A DNA stretch of 63,774 nt, the filler included, from Octopus bimaculoides (lineage: Eukaryota): NCBI RefSeq assembly GCF_001194135.2. It is 11 parts of 11 records of this genome, joined end to end, with 100 filler letters (N's around TTAATTAATTAA, not from the genome) between each part and the next. Parts side by side here need not be neighbours in the genome. Positions count along the whole stretch, not along the records: positions 34,557 to 38,986 come from NC_068986.1; positions 39,087 to 41,421 come from NC_068985.1; positions 41,522 to 44,392 come from NW_026425276.1; positions 44,493 to 46,509 come from NW_026359040.1; positions 46,610 to 53,667 come from NC_068993.1; 6 more parts are not named here. The stretch is one strand, 5' to 3'. The notes beneath the pieces are model-generated. The model worked only from the letters and a program-made list of their open reading frames with translations. It was not told the DNA's origin and did no database searches. Below, piece by piece: positions 36,136-49,260 of this stretch (position 1 is the stretch's first letter; each line of letters starts with the position of its first letter). Made by a program: the position numbers and the translations under genes.

Positions 36136-36965
36136 NNNNNNNNNNNNNNNNNNNNNNNNNNNNNNNNNNNNNNNNNNNNNNNNNNNNNNNNNNNNNNNNN
36201 NNNNNNNNNNNNNNNNNNNNNNNNNNNNNNNNNNNNNNNNNNNNNNNNNNNNNNNNNNNNNNNNNNNNNNNNNNNNNNNNNNNNNNNNNNNNNNNNNNNN
36301 NNNNNNNNNNNNNNNNNNNNNNNNNNNNNNNNNNNNNNNNNNNNNNNNNNNNNNNNNNNNNNNNNNNNNNNNNNNNNNNNNNNNNNNNNNNNNNNNNNNN
36401 NNNNNNNNNNNNNNNNNNNNNNNNNNNNNNNNNNNNNNNNNNNNNNNNNNNNNNNNNNNNNNNNNNNNNNNNNNNNNNNNNNNNNNNNNNNNNNNNNNNN
36501 NNNNNNNNNNNNNNNNNNNNNNNNNNNNNNNNNNNNNNNNNNNNNNNNNNNNNNNNNNNNNNNNNNNNNNNNNNNNNNNNNNNNNNNNNNNNNNNNNNNN
36601 NNNNNNNNNNNNNNNNNNNNNNNNNNNNNNNNNNNNNNNNNNNNNNNNNNNNNNNNNNNNNNNNNNNNNNNNNNNNNNNNNNNNNNNNNNNNNNNNNNNN
36701 NNNNNNNNNNNNNNNNNNNNNNNNNNNNNNNNNNNNNNNNNNNNNNNNNNNNNNNNNNNNNNNNNNNNNNNNNNNNNNNNNNNNNNNNNNNNNNNNNNNN
36801 NNNNNNNNNNNNNNNNNNNNNNNNNNNNNNNNNNNNNNNNNNNNNNNNNNNNNNNNNNNNNNNNNNNNNNNNNNNNNNNNNNNNNNNNNATATATATATA
36901 TATATATATACAAATCAGGTATAGACACACACACACATACATACATACATACATACATACATACA

Positions 36966-36996
<31 letters not shown>

Positions 36997-37259
36997 GTGT
37001 GTGTGTGTCTGTATGGAGGTGGGACATACGGCAAACAGCATATTTCAAATCCCGCACGCAAAGCCATTTCTAACGAAAGAATAAATATCTTGGATAATAC
37101 TGTCCCAGGATTGTACAGGATTATCGTCATGGCTGAAAGACTTTTGATTATTGAAGTTTATACATACATACATCCATCCATACATACACCACCATCCCTG
37201 CAGTTCTCGAGCTGAAATTAGTGGAATTAAAAAGAGATTATATATATACATATATAAAA

Positions 37260-37294
<35 letters not shown>

Positions 37295-38074
37295 NNNNNN
37301 NNNNNNNNNNNNNNNNNNNNNNNNNNNNNNNNNNNNNNNNNNNNNNNNNNNNNNNNNNNNNNNNNNNNNNNNNNNNNNNNNNNNNNNNNNNNNNNNNNNN
37401 NNNNNNNNNNNNNNNNNNNNNNNNNNNNNNNNNNNNNNNNNNNNNNNNNNNNNNNNNNNNNNNNNNNNNNNNNNNNNNNNNNNNNNNNNNNNNNNNNNNN
37501 NNNNNNNNNNNNNNNNNNNNNNNNNNNNNNNNNNNNNNNNNNNNNNNNNNNNNNNNNNNNNNNNNNNNNNNNNNNNNNNNNNNNNNNNNNNNNNNNNNNN
37601 NNNNNNNNNNNNNNNNNNNNNNNNNNNNNNNNNNNNNNNNNNNNNNNNNNNNNNNNNNNNNNNNNNNNNNNNNNNNNNNNNNNNNNNNNNNNNNNNNNNN
37701 NNNNNNNNNNNNNNNNNNNNNNNNNNNNNNNNNNNNNNNNNNNNNNNNNNNNNNNNNNNNNNNNNNNNNNNNNNNNNNNNNNNNNNNNNNNNNNNNNNNN
37801 NNNNNNNNNNNNNNNNNNNNNNNNNNNNNNNNNNNNNNNNNNNNNNNNNNNNNNNNNNNNNNNNNNNNNNNNNNNNNNNNNNNNNNNNNNNNNNNNNNNN
37901 NNNNNNNNNNNNNNNNNNNNNNNNNNNNNNNNNNNNNNNNNNNNNNNNNNNNNNNNNNNNNNNNNNNNTATATATATGTCTATATATTTATATATAGAGA
38001 GAGATTTATACACATGCCCACACGCACTCATATTCATATATGCGTGTGTGTGTGTGCATATCTTTTATCCTTTA

Positions 38075-38350
38075 TTTTGTTTCATTCATTTCACTGCGGC
38101 CATGATGGGGCACTGCCTTGGAGGATTTTAGCTGAACAAATCGACTCCAGGCCTTTTTGTTTTCTTCTTTAAACCAATACATAAGTGCGTGTGTGTGTGT
38201 ACGATGGGCTTCTTTCAGTTTCCATCTGTCAAATCCAAATCACAAGGCTTTGGTTGGCCCGAGGCTATAGAAGACATATGCCCAAGGTTCCACGTAGTGG
38301 GTCTGAACTCGGAACCATGTGGTTGCGAAGCAGGTTTCGCATCACACAGC

Positions 38351-38351
<1 letters not shown>
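38075..38351 (-). mobile_element. SINE family C, internally deleted
   Basis: CACAAGGCTTTGGTTGGCCCGAGGCTATAG-AGACA...GGAACCATGTGGTTG. Confidence 0.8.
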
Positions 38352-38411
<60 letters not shown>

Positions 38412-38556
38412 GAGGAGGAGGAGGAGTATCAAGGAATTAAATTAATCTCACGTTAAGCACCCCACCAACTGCATGGCTAACAAGAATGCCGGGTGGAGGT
38501 TAGGGTAACCTTAGAGTCATTCTCAAAATCCAGGAGGTGCAGTGTGTGTGTACATA

Positions 38557-38865
38557 TTCTTTTATTATTTTATTTGCTTCAGTCATTTGACTGCGGCCAT
38601 GCTGGAGCACCGCCTTTAGTTGAACAAAGTAAACCCAGGACTTAGTACATATTCTATCGATCACTTTTACCGAACCGCTATGTTACGGGGACGTAAAAAC
38701 ACCATTGCTGGTTGTCAAGCAATGATGGGGGTACAAACACAGACGAACTTTGATCGGCCCGATGCTATAGTAAAAGAAACTTGTCCAAGGTGCCAAGCAG
38801 TGGGACTGAACCCAGAACCGTGTGGTTGGGAAGCAAGTTTCTAACCACACAGCGACTCCTGCGCC
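38557..38865 (-). mobile_element. SINE family C, chimeric or deleted copy
   Basis: CAGTCATTTGACTGCGGCCATGCTGGAGCACCGCC tail and GGGACTGAACCCAGAACC...ACTCCTGCGCC head. Confidence 0.8.
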
Positions 38866-38913
<48 letters not shown>

Positions 38914-39086
38914 TGTGTGTGTATAACTCTTTAACTTGTTTCAACTTTAAAGCTGCTGTCATGATGGGACACCATATAGTTGTTTCNNNNNNNNNNNNNN
39001 NNNNNNNNNNNNNNNNNNNNNNNNNNNNNNTTAATTAATTAANNNNNNNNNNNNNNNNNNNNNNNNNNNNNNNNNNNNNNNNNNNN

Positions 39087-39126
<40 letters not shown>

Positions 39127-39472
39127 CTATACACTTGTTCCTTTTTGAGCCTGAATGGTTGCAGAGTAATACATGGCATGCTATACAAGCTTATCTGATT
39201 ACTCTGGTATTGGGGCATGAAACTCAAAGTAGCTCATTTTAAAATCCTATGTTTACTAAATTATATATATATATATATATATACACATGGAGATTTAATA
39301 AAACAGTAATTTCTTTGAAAAAATCCAATTGCGATAAAAAAAACTGAGAGAAGGAAGTATGGAAATGCTTCAAATATTTCTGGCCATTTAGAAAACAAAA
39401 TATTATAAGAAACAATAGCAATATTGACAGTTTGATAGTTTCTTGGAATTTCTTTCATTCTTCTTCCTTTAG

Positions 39473-39662
39473 ATAACTTAAAATGTGGCCGGAGACCTAT
39501 CAAACAAAGATCACAACGTATTACTGGTGGTGTGAGGGCTATAGAAGGAGCTTACCCCTGGCAAGCAAGGATCTTTAGAAGTTGGTTTTGGGGTAGGCTC
39601 CATCACTGTGGGGCCAGTGTAATTGGTGAATTGTGGGTCATTACAGCAGCACATTGTGTAAT
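39473..39662 (+). CDS. Exon of a trypsin/chymotrypsin-family (S1A) serine protease: activation peptide to catalytic His
   Basis: Polypyrimidine tract and AG at 39471-72, GTAAG at 39663. Translation (D)NLKCGRRPIKQRSQR-ITGGVRAIEGAYPWQARIFRSWFWGRLHHCGASVIGELWVITAAHCV contains the R/IxGG activation site, PWQ, HxCG and TAAHC; phase-2 intron after AAHC as expected. Confidence 0.93.
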
Positions 39663-40368
39663 GTAAGTTGTAGAGAGAAGGTTTCTATTAATTCTATTTT
39701 TAAAATATGATTCATGATATGGTTTTTTTTGCATATGTTTTGCTAATCAAGAGACTGAATTTAACTTACTACATCATCAAATTAACACAATTGCATGAAT
39801 GGTGATATAATTGACATTCATTAGTCCTTTTGTTAAATGAGCAATTTATAACAAATAATATTTAACATCGTTATAAATCATGAAGCGTTGTTTTTTTTCC
39901 TCTCTGAAAAAAATTTACTGAAAGATTATTTAAAAAGAAAAAAATTGTTTGTAAAATTTTGGAAATTTCTGCAAGAAAAATATTACACCATTTTCACTCT
40001 TGCCTGAAATTATCAAACTGCATTTGTATTTTTCGTGAGTTTTAATACTAGTGACGTGTGGATATTTTTTAATGCATTATTATTTTTAAAGAAAATTTGT
40101 TTTCCATTAAGAAAATCATGATTTTATATACATAAATAAAAGAGTGTTTATAATGGTAATGATATTTAAATGTACATTTTATTGGCACCAACAACAGTTA
40201 AAACAAATTTGAAAAGCCATCTGTAGTCTTTCTATGTGGTCAGTTAATTTGCCAGAAATAACCACCAAATTCCCTTAAATCACACCCTTCTGTCATAAAA
40301 GAAGATGTACACATTGGGTATTGTAATCATTAATATATATGAAATTTACATTGAATTTTGACTTTCAG

Positions 40369-40451
40369 AATAAAAATGCCCACAGAGGCTAAATCTAGAA
40401 AGTGGGATATCCGGAAGTCATGTGACATTTTGTATTTTATCAAAGTCACAG
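40369..40451 (+). CDS. Tentative next exon of the serine protease
   Basis: TTTCAG acceptor, AG/GTAAGG donor, phase-compatible (2 in, 1 out), open frame IKMPTEAKSRKWDIRKSCDILYFIKVT(G); no diagnostic motif. Confidence 0.4.
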
Positions 40452-40609
40452 GTAAGGAGTGACTTCTAAGACGGTGCAGTGTCATGCAGCATTCAGAGGC
40501 CTCTCTCTTCACACTGCCTTTCATAAATGCTTCAGGGTATCCAAGTAAAACTCGTTATTGATCATTTGGAATAAATTCATGATGAACATCACCATTCCAA
40601 TAATAACAG

Positions 40610-40764
40610 GTGATCAATATCAAATTCCATTTGAGCGACTCTGAAGTGTTTTTGCTTTTTGTTATTGCAATCATAGCTGTTCACCCACATTTCATTATCA
40701 TTTATGATACTAGTAAAAGTTTTCATCGATATTTGAATGATCAAACAGCTCTTAACCGGCAGTG
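40610..40764 (+). pseudogene. Possible degraded protease exon (HPxF / NDxAL-like)
   Basis: After an ACAG acceptor one frame reads ...DSEVFLLFVIAIIAVHPHF...YLNDQTALNRQ*. Joining it to the previous exon needs a frameshift. Confidence 0.25.
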
Positions 40765-41559
40765 ATTCAGTTTTTGTTCATCTCTTAACAGATGTCATAA
40801 AAATTTTCAGCAACATATCTCATATTTTTTTTAATCATATGAAAAAATTTTAAAGATGCTTATTTCTTTGGAAACTTCAATCTTACCCAATCTCTTAGCT
40901 ATTCACAATAACAATGACTGATTAATCACTGTTTATCTATATCAATGGAGGCAAAGTTTGGTGATTGTTGATACCTGTTGCTGATGACATCTGAACATAC
41001 AAAAGTCCTATGATCTATCAGTTCCACTGGCAGTGCTGGGCATTTTTTTGGTACACTGCTGATATTTCTGTGCTTTTAACCACTAAAAGTCGATACAAGA
41101 TACTTTCTCAAGATGACAACCACTGTATTATGGCATTCTTACAACACATCCACATTAAGTATCGTATGCAAGATTGATATATATATAAATTTATGTCTAT
41201 ATTTGTTTACTTGTTTCAGTCATTGGACTGCAACCATGCTGGGGTACCCCTTTGAAGGTTTTAACTGATAAAGTTAGCAAGTGCACATAAAGTTTTTAAT
41301 ATTTTCCAATCTCTGTCATAGCACTTCACCAATTCTTGTTACTTTGCACATTTCCTCTCATAACTTCTTCAATATGCTTTCTCCAGTACACCATAAACTC
41401 CAACATGATCCATGGTTCTGTNNNNNNNNNNNNNNNNNNNNNNNNNNNNNNNNNNNNNNNNNNNNTTAATTAATTAANNNNNNNNNNNNNNNNNNNNNNN
41501 NNNNNNNNNNNNNNNNNNNNNATATATATATATATATATAATACAAAGAATATATATAC

Positions 41560-41715
41560 ATGTATACACACATATATGTACATACTTACATCTACATGTG
41601 TATATACATGCATATCAGGGTACAGGACGTTAGAACAATAAACTACAGACAACGGAACGAACACATAGGAAAACGGAAAGCCACTTGGAATATCCCTTCA
41701 TCAGCTGTCTATATG
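41560..41715. repeat. Unclassified dispersed repeat family G (second copy 47590-47735)
   Basis: Shared TACATCTACATGT...GCATATC-GGGTACAGGAC...CCTTCATCAGCTG blocks in both copies. Confidence 0.6.
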
Positions 41716-44492
41716 AGGGAGGTAAAAAGAGAGAGAGAAGTTCGCGCATTTTATATACACACACACAACTACAATGAGTTTTCCAACAGCAATATTCAAT
41801 CGACATATACAGCCTCCTCAAGTACATAGGAGTAATTTTTTTAAGCCACATACTTTTGGTATCTTATGCTTGAATACCACAAATTCTCTCTATTTGCTCT
41901 CATCACAAAAAGGTAACCAATCCCAATCAACATTGTGAGATCACATTCAGATTATTTATTTCCCACATCGCCAGATTATACAACTTCGAGAAATTCTATA
42001 TCTAGCCCATATCCTTTCCCTTTCCAAGCCATTAAATATTCTAGCTCTGAACAGTTACGGTTACTAACCTAGATTAACTCGAGCATAGAGTTTTGTTTCA
42101 AAATTATGGCACACCTATCAGCGATAGTACCCTTTATATTTATTGGATCACATCTAGGAAATTATTCACCTGCCAAAGACTATCGTTAGCAGTAATCTTC
42201 CATTTGCTACCGCTGAACTTACAAGCTCTCTTTTCAACTGGCATGCTCTTGATTCCATTGCATATGTCTCTAGTCTAGAAATAATACCGTTCGCTCATTC
42301 TCTTCCAACTCACATCTCATCTACAACTGTAATTGAACCTCAAACAATTCTTTCTTTCCAGCTCAAATGAATTCAAGACGACTTCCGGAAACCTTAATAA
42401 ATGTATTTCAGGTAGCATTCTATCTCAACAGTATCATCCAACATAGCTGTCCTAGTGATCCCATCCAATCTAAATACAGCATGTCGCCTTATCACAACTG
42501 TTATATCAGCTGATTTACAAGGAAGCCCTTGCAGTGCTGAACATAGAAAGCAGAATAATTTTTCCAACAGATTATCAAAATGTTATAGAATTGAATTTGT
42601 TGGACAATATAACTATTTCTACTATTTCTTGACTTACAAAAAAAATATTTTCACAGACAAATTCCCAATCAATATAATTCCTGTTTGTGTAAAAATATGA
42701 GATGAAATTAAGATTCCATTATATATTATTTCCCGAAGAAACTGAAAATTCTTTCGATTAAAATTTACCATTTAGTGTTCGAATCGACATAAAGTTGACA
42801 ATCGAAATAACACATTATCCACACCAGTTAGTGGAATAACACCCGATTGTCCGTGTGTGGCAACGTTTAATTAGAAAACCAGATTGAGCCGAAGTATTCA
42901 CTCACTCATTCCTTGAGGTAACTGGTAAGACAAGATATTTTGGCTTAATGTTGAGTTAATAAGATACTGAAAACAAAGATGAGGTACATATACAAAGGAA
43001 GTGAATAGACCGTCACTGATTATAAAGACCTAACATTCGCTACTGTTGTTATTCGCAATAAAACGCGTCCTGTTATTTTATAAGCTGTGAAAGAATATTT
43101 AATAGCTTTATCAGAAAGATCATGCCTCAATCAATATAAAAGACAATAACGAATGTTGGGCAACAGGCGATGAATAAAAATCTACATTAACAATTCTAAA
43201 TGAATGACTAGCAGCTCAAAACAGGAAATAACAATTTCTAGTTCTTAAAGGTGAAGTTCAAGAAAGTAAAAGAGAAAAAAAACTAAACAGCTCTTCGCTA
43301 CCATCAATATGGCTACTGCCAAGCACTGACATTGGATAATCAGTTACAGAGAGTCTACTGTTGTAACATCATATATGTATGTAGAACGTTGACGGGATTT
43401 TAAAAGATATCAAGATCTGGAAGAGGGATGTATATTTTTTTAAAATCATTATGCCAAATTATTTCAAAATATTTTCTGCTTCGTTTGGTAAGCTTCATTT
43501 CCTAAATTACACTTATCTAACATTGTAACCGATTCGACATTAACATTGAGCACTTTGGGTTTCACTGAAAATCATTAACCTGGAAATGACAAAACACTTG
43601 TAAAGATAGAAGATGAAAGAAGTAAAAAGACTGATGAATAAATGAGGAGTCGAACAAGAAAGAAACACTAAACTAGTTGCAACGAATCAGTACTCGTATC
43701 AATAATTACAGTACTTGTGTAGTTGAAGGATCAGTGTGGTTGTATGATAAGAAACAATGGACGTTTAAGCGATATGAACGCGTTACATATTTTCAGTAAT
43801 TACGAAAACGAATTCCTCAATATTTCAACAGTTACAATTTTTAAACGCCGAAGAAATTTAATATATTAAGTATTATATATTTGAATCGAGGTAGTCGCAT
43901 AAGTGAAGATAGAGGAAGTAGCAGTTGTCTACAGCGTTGGATCTCCTGTTCTTTCCATCCCTGCCATAAGTGTGCAACATACTTAAATACTGTGTCAGTC
44001 TGATAACAGGGTTAGGTACGACAGAAATGTATACTGTTGACACGCAAGAAGTAAGATCGGTTGGGAATGTCAAAAACAAAGAAGAGAGTATTAGTTTCTG
44101 ACACACAATAATTTAAAAACATAAACCTTTCCGACACTTTAGAAATTGTCAATTGCCCGCCAAGTGACGGCGAACGAAAATTACTTCTATGCTACATAGG
44201 ACGGTCAAACAAACAAGATACAATATCGATCATAAAAGTTTTTATATATATATATAGATAGATAGATAGATAGATAAATATATACATATAAGAGGGATGA
44301 CCACTAAGTGGACATAAATTCTGCTAGAAGAAGACCAAATATATATATATATATATTTGGCTAAACTGGCAATATGACCATCCCCAAGTACANNNNNNNN
44401 NNNNNNNNNNNNNNNNNNNNNNNNNNNNNNNNNNNNTTAATTAATTAANNNNNNNNNNNNNNNNNNNNNNNNNNNNNNNNNNNNNNNNNNNN

Positions 44493-44533
<41 letters not shown>

Positions 44534-44658
44534 TTCTGTGTATACACATATATATTTAGGTATTATGTGTGTATGTATGAGTGTGTGTTCTATGTGAATA
44601 TATAATGTAATGTGTGTATGCATGTGGATGTGTGTGCGTGTGATTCTATATCATAACC

Positions 44659-44746
<88 letters not shown>

Positions 44747-45727
44747 ATATGTGTGCTTATGATTTTATGCATATCCTTCGTGTGTATATATGAATGTATA
44801 TGGCTATCTATGTATTATAATATGCAAGTATACATGTGTGTGAGGGGGATTCTATGCAAAACCTTGTTGTATATATGTAGATATATGTATGCATATGTAT
44901 AAGCATTATAAAGTCTATTAATTCGTGTGTGTGTTTTACAAGGAAACAGTTGACAATGACTTTACAGTTTCGTTTTGTCTGCATTCGTCAGACAGCCAGA
45001 CGAAGGCGGGCGGGCGAGCGAGCAAAAACTTCGAGGTCACTCTCAAACCTTTTCCTTGTATAAAAAAAAAAAATGTTTCAATAAACGTGTACTCCACGAA
45101 AATACATCCAGTAAATTCTTCAGTTTAATATTGTTAAATTGTTCTTCCGACATATCTTGACAAAAAAAAAGGACCAAACAAACGTTAACACAGACACATA
45201 TATGTAGGATACGCAATATTCACTAAACTCCATCGAAGTTGTGTGTGTACATCGAGCAAATATCTATGCATTTTTCTTGTGTGTGTGTGTGTGTGTGTGT
45301 GTTTATCGCTTCTTTACAGACATGGTCAGGATGTTTAAATTTACTTTTTCTCATCTTGTCTATGTGTGTGTGCGCGCGCAATTTCTGTATTCCTTTGTCC
45401 GAAACACACACACACACTATTTGCTTTCGCCCTTTATGTCAACGTTACTTTTGTTTTTCTATTCATTCCAGACCAGTGACGGTTATATATATATACATAT
45501 ATANNNNNNNNNNNNNNNNNNNNNNNNNNNNNNNNNNNNNNNNNNNNNNNNNNNNNNNNNNNNNNNNNNNNNNNNNNNNNNNNNNNNNNNNNNNNNNNNN
45601 NNNNNNNNNNNNNNNNNNNNNNNNNNNNNNNNNNNNNNNNNNNNNNNNNNNNNNNNNNNNNNNNNNNNNNNNNNNNNNNNNNNNNNNNNNNNNNNNNNNN
45701 NNNNNNNNNNNNNNNNNNNNNNNNNNN

Positions 45728-45766
<39 letters not shown>

Positions 45767-45933
45767 GTGTATGTTGAAGCGTGCGTGTGCGCGCATCAAT
45801 ACACTGACGCGCGCGCCAGTGTATGTAATATAACAAACGCGCGTATTTCTATGCATAACCACAAGCACAATCACATTTGTGTAATATACACCTACTCCTT
45901 CACGTATTTATATATACATCGTGTGTGCGTATA

Positions 45934-45966
<33 letters not shown>

Positions 45967-46067
45967 ACAAACTCGTGCGCACAGAATTGTATGAATTTGT
46001 TTATACTTGTATGTGTGAGAGGGAGAGAGAGAATGTTTGTGTGTATGTATCTCTATGTATATATATC

Positions 46068-46350
46068 TGTATGTATCTATAGGTATCTATATGTATCTAT
46101 AGGTATCTATATGTATCTATAGGTAACTATATGTATCTATATATATCTATAGGTAACTATATGTATCTATATATATCTATAGGTAACTATATGTATCTAT
46201 AGGTAACTATATGTATCTATAGGTATCTATATGTAACTATATGTAACTATATGTAACTATATGTATCTATAGGTATCTATAGGTATCTATAGGTATCTAT
46301 AGGTATCTATAGGTATCTATAGGTATCTATAGGTATCTGTAGGTATCTGT
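46068..46350. repeat. 10-bp minisatellite (ATAGGTATCT with ATATGTATCT, ATAGGTAACT and ATATGTAACT variants)
   Basis: Direct reading of the tandem units. Confidence 0.9.
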
Positions 46351-46394
46351 ATGTATCTATCTGTATGTATGTGTGCGTATGTAAATGTGAATTC

Positions 46395-46509
46395 TTTTAT
46401 TATTTTACTTGTTAGTCACTTGACTGTGGCCATGCTACAGGGGCACTGCCTTCAGTCGGACAAATCGATCCCAGGACTTATTCTTTGTGAGCCTAGTACT
46501 TATTCTATC
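46395..46509 (-). mobile_element. SINE family C 3' fragment
   Basis: GACTGTGGCCATGCT...CAAATCGATCCCAGGACTTATTCTTTGT-AGCCTAGTACTTATTCTATC. Confidence 0.8.
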
Positions 46510-46852
46510 NNNNNNNNNNNNNNNNNNNNNNNNNNNNNNNNNNNNNNNNNNNNTTAATTAATTAANNNNNNNNNNNNNNNNNNNNNNNNNNNNNNNNNNN
46601 NNNNNNNNNTATATATATATAATATGCATTCTTAAATGGATATTATACATATATCTGTCTGTGCGTCTGTGTTTCTCGGACTCTATTCTGTGTGTATGAG
46701 TTTGTAGATATTTATGTATGTGTGGGGGTCTTTCCTACGGATTTCATTATGGACCCATTTATCCGCCATCTTCCCATTCATGGGTGACAGGTTTCGTCAC
46801 TTATCTGCTCATCTCATTCGACAACGATGCCGTTGCCGATAAGAACAATACG

Positions 46853-46904
<52 letters not shown>

Positions 46905-47104
46905 TTGATAACCATAACTAAAAGAGTAACTACAGCAGAAATTCTGTTGAATTTTCATGAGCGGAAGCGTCATCTTCGGCACTGAAAATAGTTGTTTATT
47001 TATATTGATTATTTATATTCGCAGAACCGATTTCATATTGGAGGGGGGTGAAGCAATGGATTAAACCACCATCACCATAACCATTATGACTAAAGGAAGG
47101 AAAT

Positions 47105-47260
47105 AGCACTCCGTCGGTTACGACGACGGGAGATAAAGTTGATTCGACCAACAGAACAGCCTGCTCTGGAAATTGAAATGCAAGTGTCTGAGTACTCCAC
47201 AGACATGAATACCCTTAACGTAGTTCTCGTGGAAGATTTAGTGTGACACAGAATGTTACA
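47105..47260 (-). mobile_element. Diverged element sharing the SINE A 3' tail
   Basis: GCACTCCGTCG-TTACGACG...AACAGCCTGCTC-GAAATT...ACTCCACAGACA...CCCTTAACGTAGTTCTCG. Confidence 0.7.
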
Positions 47261-48569
47261 GGGAAGTTAAAGCCCTTTGGAATACAAGAAATACAGGTAC
47301 AACTCATTTTTGACAGCTGAGTGAACTGGGAATCGATCTTACGACATCAAAATCACAAAATTAATTTACAATAGAAAACTCACAATATAATCAGACACCA
47401 TGAATTGCATTCCGAAAAGTGATGATGTGACTCTTCAATGTTGTGAAACAAAGAATTGTCAGGATAAAACATTAGAGTTAACGACTGTCAAACTTGGTGC
47501 ATATAAAAATAGAACATTTCATTCTTAATGACCTGATATATATATATATAAAATACAAATAATAAATGCGTATATGCATATATACGAACATGTATGTACA
47601 TACCTACATCTACATGTATATATAGATGCATATCTGGGTACAGGACACGTTGCAAAAAAACGTGGACAAAATGACAAACAGAGTACAGAAAACACACAGG
47701 CCACATAGAGAACATTTCCTTCATCAGCTGCCACCATTCTAAAACTAACCGTTCCGAAATATATTTGTTTCTTACAGTGAAACGAAGCCGAAATGCTCGT
47801 TTCTCAGGTAAATCAAAATTGATATTTATTTTAACAGTTTTCTCAGTTATTATTTTTAGTGTAGACATTTTCATTTTATTTGTTAGGACCGAATTGGAAG
47901 AAGAAGTAGGTGTCGCGGAGAAGGTGGACAAAAAATTCCTTTCAATGAATTCTTTCGTTTTTCTAGAACCAAAGGTTTTCGTATTATAAAAATCAACATC
48001 TTTTAAACAGAGATAAGAAATACGTTTGACATCCTGTCATTAACTCTGACGACAGTATGAAACGAAAACTGGTAACTTTCTAAGTCATTGCAGTGTAGGA
48101 TATTTCAAATGACGCTATTACGAATCTATCTTTATCTGAGAAGGTTTACGAAGCATTTATTATGCATCTTCAGGAGATGCAATAAATGATGCCAAGTGGG
48201 TGTTTGCTATGATGAATACCTTCTTAGAGCTGTTAAATAATGTGGATCAGCAATCAATTAGAAAAAAAATTTATTCCTTTTATTATTTATAAAGCAGTGT
48301 TTAAAATAAATTTCATCTGCATTACGACTGCTAAACAATAAATAATTGCTTATTTTATTATTATTATTATTTTTTATTTTTGGAAATTGGAAAATAAATA
48401 AACGCAAGACAAACAGTTTAAGTTAAAAGAACGTTTTAATAAAATAAAATTCAAAAAGCTATTTTATATTTTTTTTAAAATTCTATAGCAATATTTGATG
48501 TGTGATTCCAATTCTATTTCAGGTGTGTATTTCTTAATCTCGGTTCGCTACCAGGACTCGCATTTGAAG

Positions 48570-49260
48570 CAGATATGCTTTCCACATGCTTGTTGCGCAG
48601 AGAAATTAAGATTATGTTCAAAAGAACGACTCATGTTCAAGAATTTTACAATCAGCTTTAGTCCAGAACTCATTTTAAATTGCTTCGTTTCCATTATCAC
48701 CTTCATCGGAAAACATTGCTTCATCTCGATCTTCGGGATCAATCACAGTATCGATAATCTAATCTGAAAAATGTTGGTTTAATTCTAATTCAAAATCGTT
48801 GTCAACTGCAATCCAATCATCGATAGCTTTATCCTTAAAAACTATGTGTTGGATTTTCTATGGCTGTCGTTTGTACGCTTTGCGGTACTGTCATTTCTTT
48901 TGTGCTCTACCTAATATTGAAACCATCAAAATGCTGTTCGTCTTCATCGTAATAAATTATAAATCATCAACCAGAAAAATGACCTCAAGTGGTCACCATG
49001 CTCTCAGAAGAGTGACGGCTTTAAAATACGCCCACGTTACTGCTGATGCAAGGAGCGCATCCTTAATTATAAATTAGAGTTGGAGGTGGGAAAAGAAACC
49101 ACGTTGTTGATTACTTGTTTCATGGAAATATTTCTATAGCGACGTTTGAAATTCTGGATGATTCCTTGATCCATTGGTTGTAGGAGCAAAGACACGTTGT
49201 GTGGTGAATTATTTACGCAATCTGAACCTTAGATTGATAGAGATGGGCCCGAGAGTTAGG
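48570..49260 (-). pseudogene. Tigger/pogo-family DDE transposase C-terminal remnant
   Basis: Minus strand reads PHNVSLLLQPMDQGIIQNFKRRYR, then (shifted) IKDAL...W...VTLLRAW and an acidic tail DEDEQHFDGF. QPMDQGII is the pogo DDE signature. Confidence 0.85.

Noticed and set aside
43873-44106. 77-aa ORF with a hydrophobic N-terminus
   Set aside because: No recognisable domain, and no convincing splice sites linking it to anything.
41690-47735. CAGCTGATGAAGG half-core on the minus strand of both family G copies
   Set aside because: No GAAA follows a closable stem II in either copy, so no ribozyme can be drawn.
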